Shown here piece after piece: positions 1 to 10,558 of a stretch of 64,000 bases of DNA. This DNA is from a virus. Location: IMG/VR virus record IMGVR_UViG_3300029825_000002, positions 23,129 to 87,128 of that record; one strand, 5' to 3'. Both the position numbers and the translations under genes were made by a program. The first letter of the stretch is position 1. Each line of letters starts with the position of its first letter. The notes beneath the pieces are model-generated. The model was not told the origin of the DNA. It was given only the letters and a program-made list of their open reading frames with translations, and made no database searches.

Positions 1-3000
1 GGTGGTGATGGTCAAGCAATAATAACACCAATAATAGAAGACAGTAGAGTTGGGGAAGAGACAAGCCGAAGAATTCAATTAAGATGGAGAATAAGAGTAG
101 TTGATGGAGTAGACTTTAGTCAATTACCTGAAGGAGTGGGAGCTGTAGGTAGTCCTGCTTTAAATGAATTAGATATCCCCTTTGGTTTAGGAGGAAGTAA
201 TTTATCTAATTCTGATATAGCAAGTAATTTAGATGCCAATTACAGATACACACACCAATTCCATAAAGAAATCCAAAGTTCTTGGAATGTTACAGACCCT
301 CTAATAAATGATGTAGGGTTATATAGAGCAGGATATACTAAGGGGTATCCAATAGAAAATACAGCAGATGGATTTAGTTATGCTATTCCAATGTTTAAAG
401 TTCATAGAAGAAATTCTGGAGGATATAGTACTAATAATGGCAACGGAAGTATAACCTATACCAAAATTACTTTTACAAGACCTACTAGTATAGAAGCACA
501 TGGGATAGGTCAGTATACTGTGTCAGTTTCAGATTATACTAATATTAGTGTTAATGATATATTTATGATGAATTCTATACCCCAATGGAAAATTTTATCT
601 AAAAATGATAATAATACTGTAACAGTATTAAATCTATCAAATGGTATTCAAGGTACAGGAACTATTAGCGTAGTAAAATATACTAGACCAGATATATTAT
701 TAGCAGATATAGTAGATGATAGAGATATATTAGATTTACGTCATCAAGTATCTCTTACTGGATTTAATTATCAAGAACTTTTAGAAGAAAACTTTGATAA
801 GTTATTAAGGGGAGAATTGCAGACAAAAGAAAGAACAAAAATGCTTAAAACTTATCATGGTATACCTAAAACACCTATAGATGCAAATACTGTTTTTTAT
901 GCTAGTTTAGATGGAACTACTACAGCAGAAGTAGGGGGAAACCCTACAGGTGGTAGTTGTTCATTTAGAACTTATCCAACAGGTTTGGGATTTAAAGATA
1001 ATGGAAGTGACCTATATTATACCCTATTAAATGGGATGCCTAGTGAATTTACAATAGATTATTGGGGATTTAGTGCAATATGTTTAACCAAAGGTAAATG
1101 CTCCATTTCTAATAATTATGACACTGGTATTATACTAGGTTCAGATATGTGTTTGTTTAAAGGTGTTGTATATAATACAGGGTTAATACTATCAAAAAAT
1201 AATATGTATCTTACTCATAATAGGTATACTTATAAAGATGGAATTTTTAAAGCATATATTAATGGTCAGTTGCGTTTAAATATAAGTATAGATTTGAGTT
1301 CTTACTTAAATACATTAGACACATTAAATTTATTCCAGTATTCTACAAAAAGGGGTACTGAACAACGTTATTCTGATTTATCTGTATCTAATATAGATAG
1401 AGGTTCTACTTTTGCTACTTTACCACAGGACTTTATTGATGGATATGCCAGAATATCTCCTGCTTTTAATTCACAGCGAAATGTTTTTTCAGATGCACTT
1501 ACTACAGAAACAAAGCAAGAATTAATAAATGTAGATGGCACAAAAAATAAACCTTATATCCATTTAGGAGATGCTACAGATTGGATAAAAGATGATTCTA
1601 CTAAATGGAACGCAGGAGATAAAGTAAAACTTGATACTTTAACTGGAGAAATAATAACAGGAGTAATAGATGCGGATACAGCCATAGCTAAAATAGTAGA
1701 AGTCATAAGTAGTAATAATGGAGATTATAGATATAAATTAAATGATGTATCAAAAATTGTTGTAAATGACAAATTAACTTGCATAGATGGTTCTTACCTA
1801 ATAATAACAGCTATTGACACTACTACTAATATAATAACTGGGGAATCCCATAATATATCTGAGGCAATTTATGCGGGTTTATTAAATTATGCTATAGGTG
1901 ATTTATTATATGAAACTACAGCTTCATCTTCTTCACCTTTAGTTAAATTTAATGCTACTGGAACATTACAATCAGGAGGAACAAATACTATTACATTACC
2001 TTCAACCTATAATATCAATGATAACTTCTATAATGGATTTATAATCAGTATAGATAGTGGAACTGGAGCAGGGCAAGTAAAGACAATAACTGATTATGTA
2101 GGAAGTACAAAAGTAGCTACAGTAGATAGTAATTGGACTACTCAACCAGATAATACTTCTGTTATTACTATTCATAATATAGATGTTGGTGGTACATGGT
2201 CAGGTTTGGGAACGACAGAAGCTATTTATACATTACCTGCAACTTTACCTAGTGGATTAACCAATCAATCTTTAGCATTGACTTATGCCATGACAGAAAT
2301 GTCAGGACAAGGTGGAATACCAGAAGTACTTACACAAACACTTGCAGGAGAATATAAGGGGGATAAATTAATTCCTAATCCTGCACATCATATATTAGAT
2401 GATTTTCAAGGAAAAGTAGCAGGAAGTGTGATAGAAAATCCAAATATAGGTAGACGCACAAATGGAAATGGTAGTCAAACAAGTTTGCTTTTACCTCTTT
2501 CACATAATGAAGCTGAAATGGAACTAGGTGTGAATGATTCAGGTATTACAAATATAGAAAAATTAGATGGTTCTTCCATAGGTACTACTACTAATATAAC
2601 TAATGCCATACCTCAACACTTATTTGCATTTAATTTAATAGAAATAGTAGAGAGAAAATATGGTGTTATTCCAGGTTCTACTATGGCAGATAAAGTTACA
2701 TGGTTAAAAAATAATTTAGCTAGTATTACTTGTAATTGGTGGGGATATGGTTCATGCCCTAGTGGTAATAAAGCAGAATTGAAAAGATTTAACTTTCTTA
2801 GCGGTACATGGTCGACTGTTAATATATCACACACACTAAATTATTCTAGTTTACTAACTTATTCAGACCTTTCCTATAATTTGACTACTGCTACATTAAT
2901 AGATTCTAATGGATTTATATATTATCTTGCTTATACAGATGCTTCAGATGGAACAACACCTTCAACTATATATACAGACTATATAAATATAGAAGTAACA

Positions 3001-3624
3001 CTAAAAATACCTACTGGTTATGATGTTTTAGCTCCAGAAAATCTTAGAAGGGATGCAGGAAAGAGTAATATAATTCTGGTTAGAAAAGAGACTAAAGAAA
3101 TACAATTAATGTTGGGTAGTGGAGATAATTTAAATGGAATAATTACTTATGGAAATACACTAATAAATCAAAGTGTTACAAAACAGACAGGTAATATAAT
3201 ATATACACATCCATTTTTATATATAACTACTAGTGGTACAGGAACTTGCAAAGATAGCACTTTAAAATATAGGGATGTGTCTTGTAGATTACCTAAACCT
3301 AATAATTCTTATGCAGATTATCAATTATCCGAAGATATTATATCAGCAGAATGTGCAGAAAATTTGGCAGTAATATTAGCTACCTGTTCTTTAAAGAGTA
3401 ATTATAGAAATTTAAATAATATTATATCAAGTGATGGAGCAATTTTAGTTGCACCTGCTCTATCTAAGGTTATAAGTAAACTTGTATTAGGAGTAAGTTT
3501 AGTAGATGTAAATGGTCAACTATTCTTAAAAGTTAGATGTAAATTTGATACTAGCAATAATGTAGATAATAATGGGTCAGAAATAGCAGACTATTATTTA
3601 AATCATAAACCTTTAATAAAATAA
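1..3624 (+). CDS. Tail fibre / receptor-binding virion protein (5' end upstream of window)
   Basis: Frame is open from base 1, before the GTG at 136; long T/G/N/S-rich beta-type protein with a LamG-like segment; lies directly upstream of XkdX, holin and lysin. Confidence 0.65.
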   Translation, partial: GGDGQAIITPIIEDSRVGEETSRRIQLRWRIRVVDGVDFSQLPEGVGAVGSPALNELDIPFGLGGSNLSNSDIASNLDANYRYTHQFHKEIQSSWNVTDPLINDVGLYRAGYTKGYPIENTADGFSYAIPMFKVHRRNSGGYSTNNGNGSITYTKITFTRPTSIEAHGIGQYTVSVSDYTNISVNDIFMMNSIPQWKILSKNDNNTVTVLNLSNGIQGTGTISVVKYTRPDILLADIVDDRDILDLRHQVSLTGFNYQELLEENFDKLLRGELQTKERTKMLKTYHGIPKTPIDANTVFYASLDGTTTAEVGGNPTGGSCSFRTYPTGLGFKDNGSDLYYTLLNGMPSEFTIDYWGFSAICLTKGKCSISNNYDTGIILGSDMCLFKGVVYNTGLILSKNNMYLTHNRYTYKDGIFKAYINGQLRLNISIDLSSYLNTLDTLNLFQYSTKRGTEQRYSDLSVSNIDRGSTFATLPQDFIDGYARISPAFNSQRNVFSDALTTETKQELINVDGTKNKPYIHLGDATDWIKDDSTKWNAGDKVKLDTLTGEIITGVIDADTAIAKIVEVISSNNGDYRYKLNDVSKIVVNDKLTCIDGSYLIITAIDTTTNIITGESHNISEAIYAGLLNYAIGDLLYETTASSSSPLVKFNATGTLQSGGTNTITLPSTYNINDNFYNGFIISIDSGTGAGQVKTITDYVGSTKVATVDSNWTTQPDNTSVITIHNIDVGGTWSGLGTTEAIYTLPATLPSGLTNQSLALTYAMTEMSGQGGIPEVLTQTLAGEYKGDKLIPNPAHHILDDFQGKVAGSVIENPNIGRRTNGNGSQTSLLLPLSHNEAEMELGVNDSGITNIEKLDGSSIGTTTNITNAIPQHLFAFNLIEIVERKYGVIPGSTMADKVTWLKNNLASITCNWWGYGSCPSGNKAELKRFNFLSGTWSTVNISHTLNYSSLLTYSDLSYNLTTATLIDSNGFIYYLAYTDASDGTTPSTIYTDYINIEVTLKIPTGYDVLAPENLRRDAGKSNIILVRKETKEIQLMLGSGDNLNGIITYGNTLINQSVTKQTGNIIYTHPFLYITTSGTGTCKDSTLKYRDVSCRLPKPNNSYADYQLSEDIISAECAENLAVILATCSLKSNYRNLNNIISSDGAILVAPALSKVISKLVLGVSLVDVNGQLFLKVRCKFDTSNNVDNNGSEIADYYLNHKPLIK

Positions 3625-3631
3625 AACTAAC

Positions 3632-3660
3632 TTGATTGTTATTAATATTAGGAATATACT
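3632..3660 (+). promoter_or_regulatory. SigA-type promoter for the HNH gene
   Basis: TTGATT-17-TATACT. Confidence 0.55.
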
Positions 3661-3695
3661 TTATGTAGGTTACTAAAAGTTAGGAGGAATACACT

Positions 3696-4316
3696 TTGAG
3701 CAACAAAATATGCAAAGTTGAAGGGTGTCTACATAAAGTATTATCTAAAGGTTATTGTAGTCGACATTATGACCAAATAAGAAAATTGGGTAGAATAAAA
3801 AGAACTAAATGGGATGCCAATGAAATAATAGTACATTCTGATTATGCAGAAATGTTATTGTACAATGGACAAGGAATAGAAGTAGCAAGAACATTAATAG
3901 ACCTAATAGATATACCCTTATTGTCCAAATATAAATGGTATTTAAGAAAAGGTGACCATGGAAACAACTATGTTGTTAATGCCAGTACTAGAGAACCTAT
4001 TCATAGATTTTTATTAAATGTTACTAGTAAAAATAAGGAAGTAGACCATAGAGATAGAAATACCCTAAATAATAGACGTTATAATTTACGGGTAGTTACA
4101 GGATTACAAAATTCTCAAAATAGAAGTGTAAGAAAAGATAGTAGTTCTGGTATAAGAGGTGTACACTTAGAAAAACGAACAGGAAAATATATAGCTTATA
4201 TTACAGTAAATAAACAAAGAATGTTTTTAGGAAGGTATTCAGATATAACTATGGCTACACAAGTAAGAATTAATGCTGAAAAAGAATATTTTGGAGAATA
4301 TAGACCTATAAGTTAA
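3696..4316 (+). CDS. Free-standing HNH homing endonuclease with C-terminal AP2 domain
   Basis: IHRFLL..VDHRDRNTLNNRRYNLR HNH motif; SSSGIRGVH..GKYIAYI..FLGRY AP2 motif. Confidence 0.85.
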   Translation: MSNKICKVEGCLHKVLSKGYCSRHYDQIRKLGRIKRTKWDANEIIVHSDYAEMLLYNGQGIEVARTLIDLIDIPLLSKYKWYLRKGDHGNNYVVNASTREPIHRFLLNVTSKNKEVDHRDRNTLNNRRYNLRVVTGLQNSQNRSVRKDSSSGIRGVHLEKRTGKYIAYITVNKQRMFLGRYSDITMATQVRINAEKEYFGEYRPIS

Positions 4317-4334
4317 TTAAAGGAGGTAATTAAT

Positions 4335-5111
4335 ATGAAAGATATTATGATAGATAGAATTTTGGGAAAAGTAACTTCTTCCCCTTCTCCTGTTAGTATC
4401 ACTGTGCAAGTAGCAGATGATTTCGATTGTGAAAAAGTAATACGAGTTCAGCAAGGAGAAATTCAGAAAGAAGACAGTAAAGGTAATTTGTTGTATTTAG
4501 ACACAACTAAATTAGATGAACAAGGCAATCCTACAGAAACAACAGAAAGTAGAGTTGTAACCAAAACAGAACCAGAACAAATAATTAATAGGTGGGTAGA
4601 TGATAAAGGGGCAGAACAGTCACACACAGTAACAATTCAATCACCTGTAGAATGGTATGATAATGAATTAGAAATGGTTCCTAATATGGTTGATACTAAT
4701 ATAAAATATTCCGAAAATCCTTATGAATTTACTTTGGATGAAATACTAGAAGCTAAATATAAAACCATATTAGAAGCTTCACAGGAAGATAATATATTGG
4801 CAGATATGTTCTTGGATGAAAATGATTTAGATTTAACAGATGTAAATCATAAAGCTAATACTGGAGTAGGAATTTTAGAACTATTACCTGATGGACAGGC
4901 AGTAACCAAAAGTATTACTTTGGCAAAGTCTACTTCTACTTTTACCTTACTAGAATTTAATAGTGATACTGGAGTAGATATTTATATAAATGATGTTAAA
5001 TTTACAGGTAATACTGTTACACTTGCAAGTGCTGTAGATAATTGTACTATAAAATTTGTGAATACGACCAATAAGCTTAAATTAGTAAAATCATATGCTA
5101 TTGGTTATTAA
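4335..5111 (+). CDS. Tail-associated hypothetical protein
   Basis: AGGAGG SD; position between tail fibre and XkdX. Confidence 0.5.
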   Translation: MKDIMIDRILGKVTSSPSPVSITVQVADDFDCEKVIRVQQGEIQKEDSKGNLLYLDTTKLDEQGNPTETTESRVVTKTEPEQIINRWVDDKGAEQSHTVTIQSPVEWYDNELEMVPNMVDTNIKYSENPYEFTLDEILEAKYKTILEASQEDNILADMFLDENDLDLTDVNHKANTGVGILELLPDGQAVTKSITLAKSTSTFTLLEFNSDTGVDIYINDVKFTGNTVTLASAVDNCTIKFVNTTNKLKLVKSYAIGY

Positions 5112-5126
5112 TAAGGAGGAATTTAT

Positions 5127-5252
5127 ATGATACAAGCTACTAGAACTACAGAAAAGAAACCAGAAGAAAAAACAGACACAGAAAAAATTGCTGATTTACA
5201 AACGCAGGTTTATAATCTAACTACTCAATTAGTAGAAAAGGGGGTAGTATAA
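5127..5252 (+). CDS. Small coiled-coil tail-module protein (41 aa)
   Basis: AAGGAGG SD; MIQATRTTEKKPEEKTDTEKIADLQTQVYNLTTQLVEKGVV; not in ORF track. Confidence 0.6.
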   Translation: MIQATRTTEKKPEEKTDTEKIADLQTQVYNLTTQLVEKGVV

Positions 5253-5390
5253 ATGGATTGGTTCACTTTTTGTTCAGATTATTTTAAATTAGGTATAGCA
5301 ACCCCTGATAGTCTTAAAATATATGTAGTAAAAGGGAAAATAACGGCAGACCAATATAAGCAGATAACAGGTATAGATTATGTAGCTTAA
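5253..5390 (+). CDS. XkdX-family protein (45 aa)
   Basis: MDWFTFCSDYFKLG...LKIYVVKGKITADQYKQITGIDY matches the XkdX pattern; usual position before holin. Confidence 0.8.
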   Translation: MDWFTFCSDYFKLGIATPDSLKIYVVKGKITADQYKQITGIDYVA

Positions 5391-5508
5391 TCATTCTTAT
5401 ATTAATTCCTTCTTTTTAACATATTGGATATTTATACTAATGGTAGTAAAATAAATATAGGACATTTAATATTTATTAACTATTATAATAGTTAGATAGG
5501 AGGAATTA

Positions 5509-5907
5509 ATGTATGATATAAGTTTAAGGACAATAGTAGATTCTTTAATATCAATAATCGGAAGTATTTTTACCTTTATCTTTGGGGGATGGGATATTGC
5601 CCTTAAAGTATTAATAGTATTAATGATTGTAGATTACTTATCTGGACTAAATGTGGGAAGAAAACAACATAAAATAAATAGTCATACAAGTTATAATGGT
5701 TTAAAAAGAAAACTTTATATAATGTATATGCTAATTTTAGCAGTTATGCTAGATAGAATATTAGGTTTTCATGTTGTTTATTTCCGCTCCCTTGTTTGTT
5801 ATTTTTATATAACGAATGAAAGTATTAGCATTTTAGAAAACTGTGGTAAAGCAGGTTTACCTTTGCCACAAAGATTAATGAACATACTGGAACAATTAAA
5901 AAAGTAA
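5509..5907 (+). CDS. Holin (phage holin 4 / TcdE-like family)
   Basis: FGGWDIALKVL..DYLSG..NESISILENCGKAGLPLP; hydrophobic segments; upstream of endolysin. Confidence 0.9.
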   Translation: MYDISLRTIVDSLISIIGSIFTFIFGGWDIALKVLIVLMIVDYLSGLNVGRKQHKINSHTSYNGLKRKLYIMYMLILAVMLDRILGFHVVYFRSLVCYFYITNESISILENCGKAGLPLPQRLMNILEQLKK

Positions 5908-5919
5908 GGAGGTTATACA

Positions 5920-7053
5920 ATGACTAAGTTAGTATCAAGACAATGTGTTGACTTTGTAAAATCATTTGAAGGTTTTTCACCCACTGTCTATGATGATGGC
6001 ACAGGGGTTATGACATTAGGATATGGCATGACTGGTTCAGAGATAGAAGGAATAAGCAGTGTAACTGAAGAACAAGCCACAGAAATGCTAGAAGATTTAT
6101 TAGATAATAGATATGCTGCACCAATTAAAAATGATTTAGATAGTAGAGGTATAAAGCTTAACCAGAATCAGTTTGATGCTTTAGTAAGTATGGCTTACAA
6201 TATTGGAACTGGAGGGTTACTTGGTTCTACACTGTATAGACAGATATGTGAAGGTATAACAGACGAAGACATTCTTACAGCAGATTTCTGTATGTGGGAT
6301 AAAGCAGGAGGAAAAGTTTTACCTGGATTATTAAGAAGAAGAAAAGCAGAAGCAACCATGTTTTTTGGAAAATCTGGAACAGATACAAGTGTAGAAGAAA
6401 CTCCAGAGGAAAAAGGTAAAGAATTTATTGGCAGTAGATGTGCAGAACTTCAAACAAAGTTAAAAGAATTGGGATATGATGTTGGAGAAATAGATGGAAT
6501 TTTTGGAGATAAAACTTACAATGCTTTAACTAACTTTCAGAAATATAGCAAATTAACAGTAGATGGTTTGTGTGGAGAAAAAACCTGGGAAGAAATAGAG
6601 AAAGATTTAAAAGCTAAAGGCATAAAAGAAGATACTCAACCAATAACACCAACTAAAGATAATAGCATATCAAATTTACAAACTAACTTAAATGGACTTA
6701 TAAATGCAGGATTAACAGTAGATGGTATACAAGGTGAAAAAACAACAGAAGCTATTAAAAGTTTTCAAAAAATAATGGGATTAAATGAAGATGGAATTTT
6801 TGGAACTAAAACAAGTGAAGCTATTGCTGAAATACTTTCTTGTCCTTTAGACGGTGTTCCTTACCCTCATTATGAATATGCTACTAGATGGATTCAATGG
6901 AGAGTAGGAGCAGATATAGATGGAACTTTTGGTAATGGAACAGCACAAGCAGTAATGAATTTTCAGCAGGAGATAAGAACTAAGTATGAAGCTAATTTAT
7001 CAGTGGATGGAATAGTTGGGGGACAAACATGGCTCTGTATGTTCAAGTATTGA
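5920..7053 (+). CDS. Endolysin: GH24 lysozyme plus peptidoglycan-binding repeats
   Basis: FEG..YDD..TLGYG, NQFDALVSMAYNIG, GLLRRRKAEA; repeated DGIFGxKT / VDGIVG motifs. Confidence 0.92.
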   Translation: MTKLVSRQCVDFVKSFEGFSPTVYDDGTGVMTLGYGMTGSEIEGISSVTEEQATEMLEDLLDNRYAAPIKNDLDSRGIKLNQNQFDALVSMAYNIGTGGLLGSTLYRQICEGITDEDILTADFCMWDKAGGKVLPGLLRRRKAEATMFFGKSGTDTSVEETPEEKGKEFIGSRCAELQTKLKELGYDVGEIDGIFGDKTYNALTNFQKYSKLTVDGLCGEKTWEEIEKDLKAKGIKEDTQPITPTKDNSISNLQTNLNGLINAGLTVDGIQGEKTTEAIKSFQKIMGLNEDGIFGTKTSEAIAEILSCPLDGVPYPHYEYATRWIQWRVGADIDGTFGNGTAQAVMNFQQEIRTKYEANLSVDGIVGGQTWLCMFKY

Positions 7054-7159
7054 TTTTATAGGTTATAGTAAGTATAATTATATTAGGTAGTAAAAATAGG
7101 AGTAGATACTTTTAGTACCTGCTCTTTATTTAAATATAAAATTTAAGGAGGAAGTTAAT

Positions 7160-7711
7160 ATGATAAGTCCAGAATTAATATCAGTAGTATGTGGAATGGC
7201 AGGAGCAGCAGTTATGGGAGGATTTGCTTTAATACCTTATATTCAAAAGTATAATGGAAAGATAGATAAAGTATTGGAAGGGGCAAAAATAGTATTGGAT
7301 ACTTCAGATGCTATAGCAGACAAGTTAAAGCCAGTTGTTCCAATTAAGGACTACACTATAGCAAAAGCAATTATTAAAGCAACAGATATGGGAGTAAATA
7401 GAGCAGAACAATTATTGCATGAAGGTAACATAACACCAGAGGAAAGATATAAAAATTCATTAGACGCTGCACATTTATTTTTAAGTGTTGCTAAAATCAA
7501 TTTAGACGCTGATAGTGAGTTGTTATTAGAATATAGTATAAAGAGTGCCATTAATAAGTTAGGACACGCAAATGATACTCCTATAGTTGTTAAAAACGAG
7601 AATGTAAAAATGCCTTTAAGTGCAGACACAATTAATACTATAACAGAAAAAGTAGCAGCTAAATTAAGTGATGATGAAAAATCAGTAATACTGGAAGAAC
7701 CCATTAAATAA
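7160..7711 (+). CDS. Membrane-anchored hypothetical protein, possibly lysis accessory
   Basis: AAGGAGG SD; one N-terminal hydrophobic helix; follows endolysin. Confidence 0.5.
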   Translation: MISPELISVVCGMAGAAVMGGFALIPYIQKYNGKIDKVLEGAKIVLDTSDAIADKLKPVVPIKDYTIAKAIIKATDMGVNRAEQLLHEGNITPEERYKNSLDAAHLFLSVAKINLDADSELLLEYSIKSAINKLGHANDTPIVVKNENVKMPLSADTINTITEKVAAKLSDDEKSVILEEPIK

Positions 7712-7761
7712 CTAAGTAATAAAAATAACACATCTTTTTAAATTATTTAATAAAAAATCTA

Positions 7762-7809
7762 TTGACAAATTTAAAGACTTGTGTTATTTTCTATTACCTA
7801 CATAATATA
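7762..7809 (+). promoter_or_regulatory. Promoter with 23-nt element duplicated at 57005
   Basis: TTGACA-17-TATTTT then TTTTCTATTACCTACATAATATA. Confidence 0.65.
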
Positions 7810-7922
7810 ATATATATATAATATAAATAATATAATAATATTATATAATACTAATATATTAATATTACATATTAATATATTGTAAACACAGGTCTGTGTT
7901 TACTTTAAAAGAGGTAAATAAA

Positions 7923-10466
7923 ATGATTAAAGTAATAGTAAAAGAGAATAAACAAATTTATGGTTTAACAACTAAACAGAAAAAGAAAATAAAACATGAA
8001 CTAACTTTCATTAATCCAATGTATTTATCTGCTAAGAAGTTTAGTAGAAGACCTCAAAATGTATCTGTGGACAAGTATATTTTTCTGTATAAAGATAATG
8101 GAGCATATTTAACTGTTCCTGTTGGTTTTAATATCCCTTTTGATAAATTATACCTTGAAGATAATAGGATTGAAAATACAGTATCATATGCTCCATTTAA
8201 ATTAAAGCTTAGAGAAACACAAAAAGAAGCTTATTTAACTTATTTACAAGATACAGACAAAGGTACAATAGTTCTTCCAACAGGTGTTGGTAAAAGTTTA
8301 ACTGCAATTTACATAGCTTATTCTCTTAGACAAAAAACTTTAGTCATTGTACATAAAGATGATTTGATAGATGGATGGAATAAAGATATTAAATTAGCTT
8401 TTAATAACAAAGTAAAACCAGGATTAATAAAAGCAAAGAGTAGAAAAGTGGGAAAACAAATAACTTTAGCTACAGTTCAAACATTAAGTAGACTAAATGA
8501 TAAAGAATTTAATAATTTAACTAAACAATTTGGACTTGTTATTATTGATGAATGTTTAGTAGGAGATACTTTAGTTACTTTAGATGATGGTGGTTTTAAA
8601 CAAATTAAGGATATAAAAAATAATCAAAAAGTATTAGGTGGAAAAGTAGCAAATAAATTTAGCAGAATGTCTAGTATATATAGAGTTGAAAGTACCCATT
8701 CTATTTTAGAAGGAAGTCCTACACATCCAACTTTTATCCTAGATGGTTCAAAAGTTAATAAAAAATCTAAAAATGTATTTACTAAAGAAGATTTAGAATT
8801 AAAGTGTTTAAAAGATGTTAAAAAAGGAGATTATATTCCAATAATTAATAAGTTACCTCATACTGTTAAATATAATTGGACAAAAGACCAACTATCTTTT
8901 GTTGCTATGATTATGGTAGATGGTCATTTAGATAAAGCATTAAATAGTAGAAGAATAAAGGTTAATATCACAAAAGACCAAGAGTGGTATAGAAATATTT
9001 TTAAGAAGGGAATAAACTCTTTTGAAAAAATAGTGGGGAAATTAGAAATTAAGGAAAGTTATGATTGTAGGAATAATTTAACGCTTTGGGTTAATTCCAA
9101 TGAATTAAGAAATATATTAAAAAATACTTTTAAAATACCTTATGGGAAAAAATCCAATAAGTTAATTATACCTGAAATGGTTATGTATTCACCATTAGAA
9201 AGTATACAGGCTTTTATAGAAACTCTTTTTAATTGTGAAGGAGATTTTAGTATAACTAAAAATAGTAGACGTATCAATATAGGTATGTGTTCTAAATTAT
9301 TTATACAGGGATTATCTTTACTGCTTAAAAAATTTAATATTCTAAGCAATTATCAAGAAATAGTTAAATACAATAATCATAATTCATTATATAGAATTAG
9401 TTGTGGTGGAATTAATTTTAATAAGTTTATGAATACTTTTAATTTAATAGACAGAAAAAATACAGAGTATAGAAATATAGAACAAAATAGAGGTTTTAAT
9501 ATTGGTGATTATACTTTAGTAAGGGTTAAAAAGTCTTTTATGACTACTAGAAAGGAAAAGGTTTATGATTATACCACTACTTCACATACCTTTATTGCTA
9601 ATGGTTGTTTAACCCATAATTGTCATCACACTCCTGCTAATTCTTATTCTTTAATTAATAAATTTCCTGCACAGTACAAAATAGGATTAACGGCAACAGA
9701 TGAAAGAAAAGACGGATTAGATGAATTAATAACTTTATATCTAGGTGATGTTTGTTATAGATATAAAGCTAAAAGAAATGACAAAAATATTTTACCTGGA
9801 GAAGTTCATATAAAAGTTTTACCCGAAGTTATTTTTTATCCTCACTTTCAAAAGAAGGGAAAGTCATGGAGAAGATGTTCAGATAAATTAGGAACAGCAA
9901 TTAATAAAATAAATTATAAATATAGACCTAGAATTAACTATACAGAGATAGATGATTTTGCAGTAACTAATCCTTTAACAATAATACAAGTAACCTATGA
10001 TATAAAAAAAGAAGTGGAACAAGGTCATAGTTGTTTAATATTCTTTAAGAAAAAAGACCATATTAAAAAGTATGCTGAAGTTCTTAAAGAAATGGGTTAT
10101 GAAGATACACTACTTTTGTATTATGGTGATAGCAAAATGAGTAAAGAGGAAATGAAGGGACTTGCAGAAAGTAGAAAGAAGTTAATTACTTTAGCAACTT
10201 ACTCAATAGCTACAGAAGGAACAAACGTAAAGTCCTGGGAAGTGTGTTTTTTAGTTGGTAATATTTCAGATGGTAAGAATGTTGAACAAGCAGTTGGAAG
10301 GGTAAGACGTATAAAAGAAGGAAAAATAAAAACAGCAAAAGTATATGATTATAGATTCCCCAATGTTTATTCTTTGGGTGGTCAAGGAAAAGAAAGAACA
10401 AAACGGTATAGAGAATTAAAATTTAAAATAATAAATGATTCTAAGCGAAAGAGTATATTCTGCTAA
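7923..10466 (+). CDS. SF2 DExH helicase containing an intein
   Basis: LPTGVGKS Walker A; IIDE-[intein]-CHH; GLTAT; QAVGRVRR; ATG 7923 follows GAGG. Confidence 0.9.
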   Translation: MIKVIVKENKQIYGLTTKQKKKIKHELTFINPMYLSAKKFSRRPQNVSVDKYIFLYKDNGAYLTVPVGFNIPFDKLYLEDNRIENTVSYAPFKLKLRETQKEAYLTYLQDTDKGTIVLPTGVGKSLTAIYIAYSLRQKTLVIVHKDDLIDGWNKDIKLAFNNKVKPGLIKAKSRKVGKQITLATVQTLSRLNDKEFNNLTKQFGLVIIDECLVGDTLVTLDDGGFKQIKDIKNNQKVLGGKVANKFSRMSSIYRVESTHSILEGSPTHPTFILDGSKVNKKSKNVFTKEDLELKCLKDVKKGDYIPIINKLPHTVKYNWTKDQLSFVAMIMVDGHLDKALNSRRIKVNITKDQEWYRNIFKKGINSFEKIVGKLEIKESYDCRNNLTLWVNSNELRNILKNTFKIPYGKKSNKLIIPEMVMYSPLESIQAFIETLFNCEGDFSITKNSRRINIGMCSKLFIQGLSLLLKKFNILSNYQEIVKYNNHNSLYRISCGGINFNKFMNTFNLIDRKNTEYRNIEQNRGFNIGDYTLVRVKKSFMTTRKEKVYDYTTTSHTFIANGCLTHNCHHTPANSYSLINKFPAQYKIGLTATDERKDGLDELITLYLGDVCYRYKAKRNDKNILPGEVHIKVLPEVIFYPHFQKKGKSWRRCSDKLGTAINKINYKYRPRINYTEIDDFAVTNPLTIIQVTYDIKKEVEQGHSCLIFFKKKDHIKKYAEVLKEMGYEDTLLLYYGDSKMSKEEMKGLAESRKKLITLATYSIATEGTNVKSWEVCFLVGNISDGKNVEQAVGRVRRIKEGKIKTAKVYDYRFPNVYSLGGQGKERTKRYRELKFKIINDSKRKSIFC
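8553..9620 (+). mobile_element. Intein with LAGLIDADG endonuclease (356 aa) in the DECH motif
   Basis: Starts CLVGDTLV, ends THN, +1 residue Cys; AMIMVDGH and TLFNCEG LAGLIDADG-like blocks. Confidence 0.92.
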
Positions 10467-10483
10467 AAGATATACTCTTTTTT
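10449..10483 (+). terminator. Intrinsic terminator
   Basis: AAGAGTATAT/ATATACTCTT stem plus T run. Confidence 0.65.
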
Positions 10484-10485
10484 GT

Positions 10486-10514
10486 TTGACTTTGTTTCTA
10501 AATTAATATACAAT
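10486..10514 (+). promoter_or_regulatory. SigA-type promoter
   Basis: TTGACT-17-TACAAT. Confidence 0.7.
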
Positions 10515-10558
10515 TAGTATAAATACTTAATATTAGCTCGAAAGTAGGTGAAAATAAT

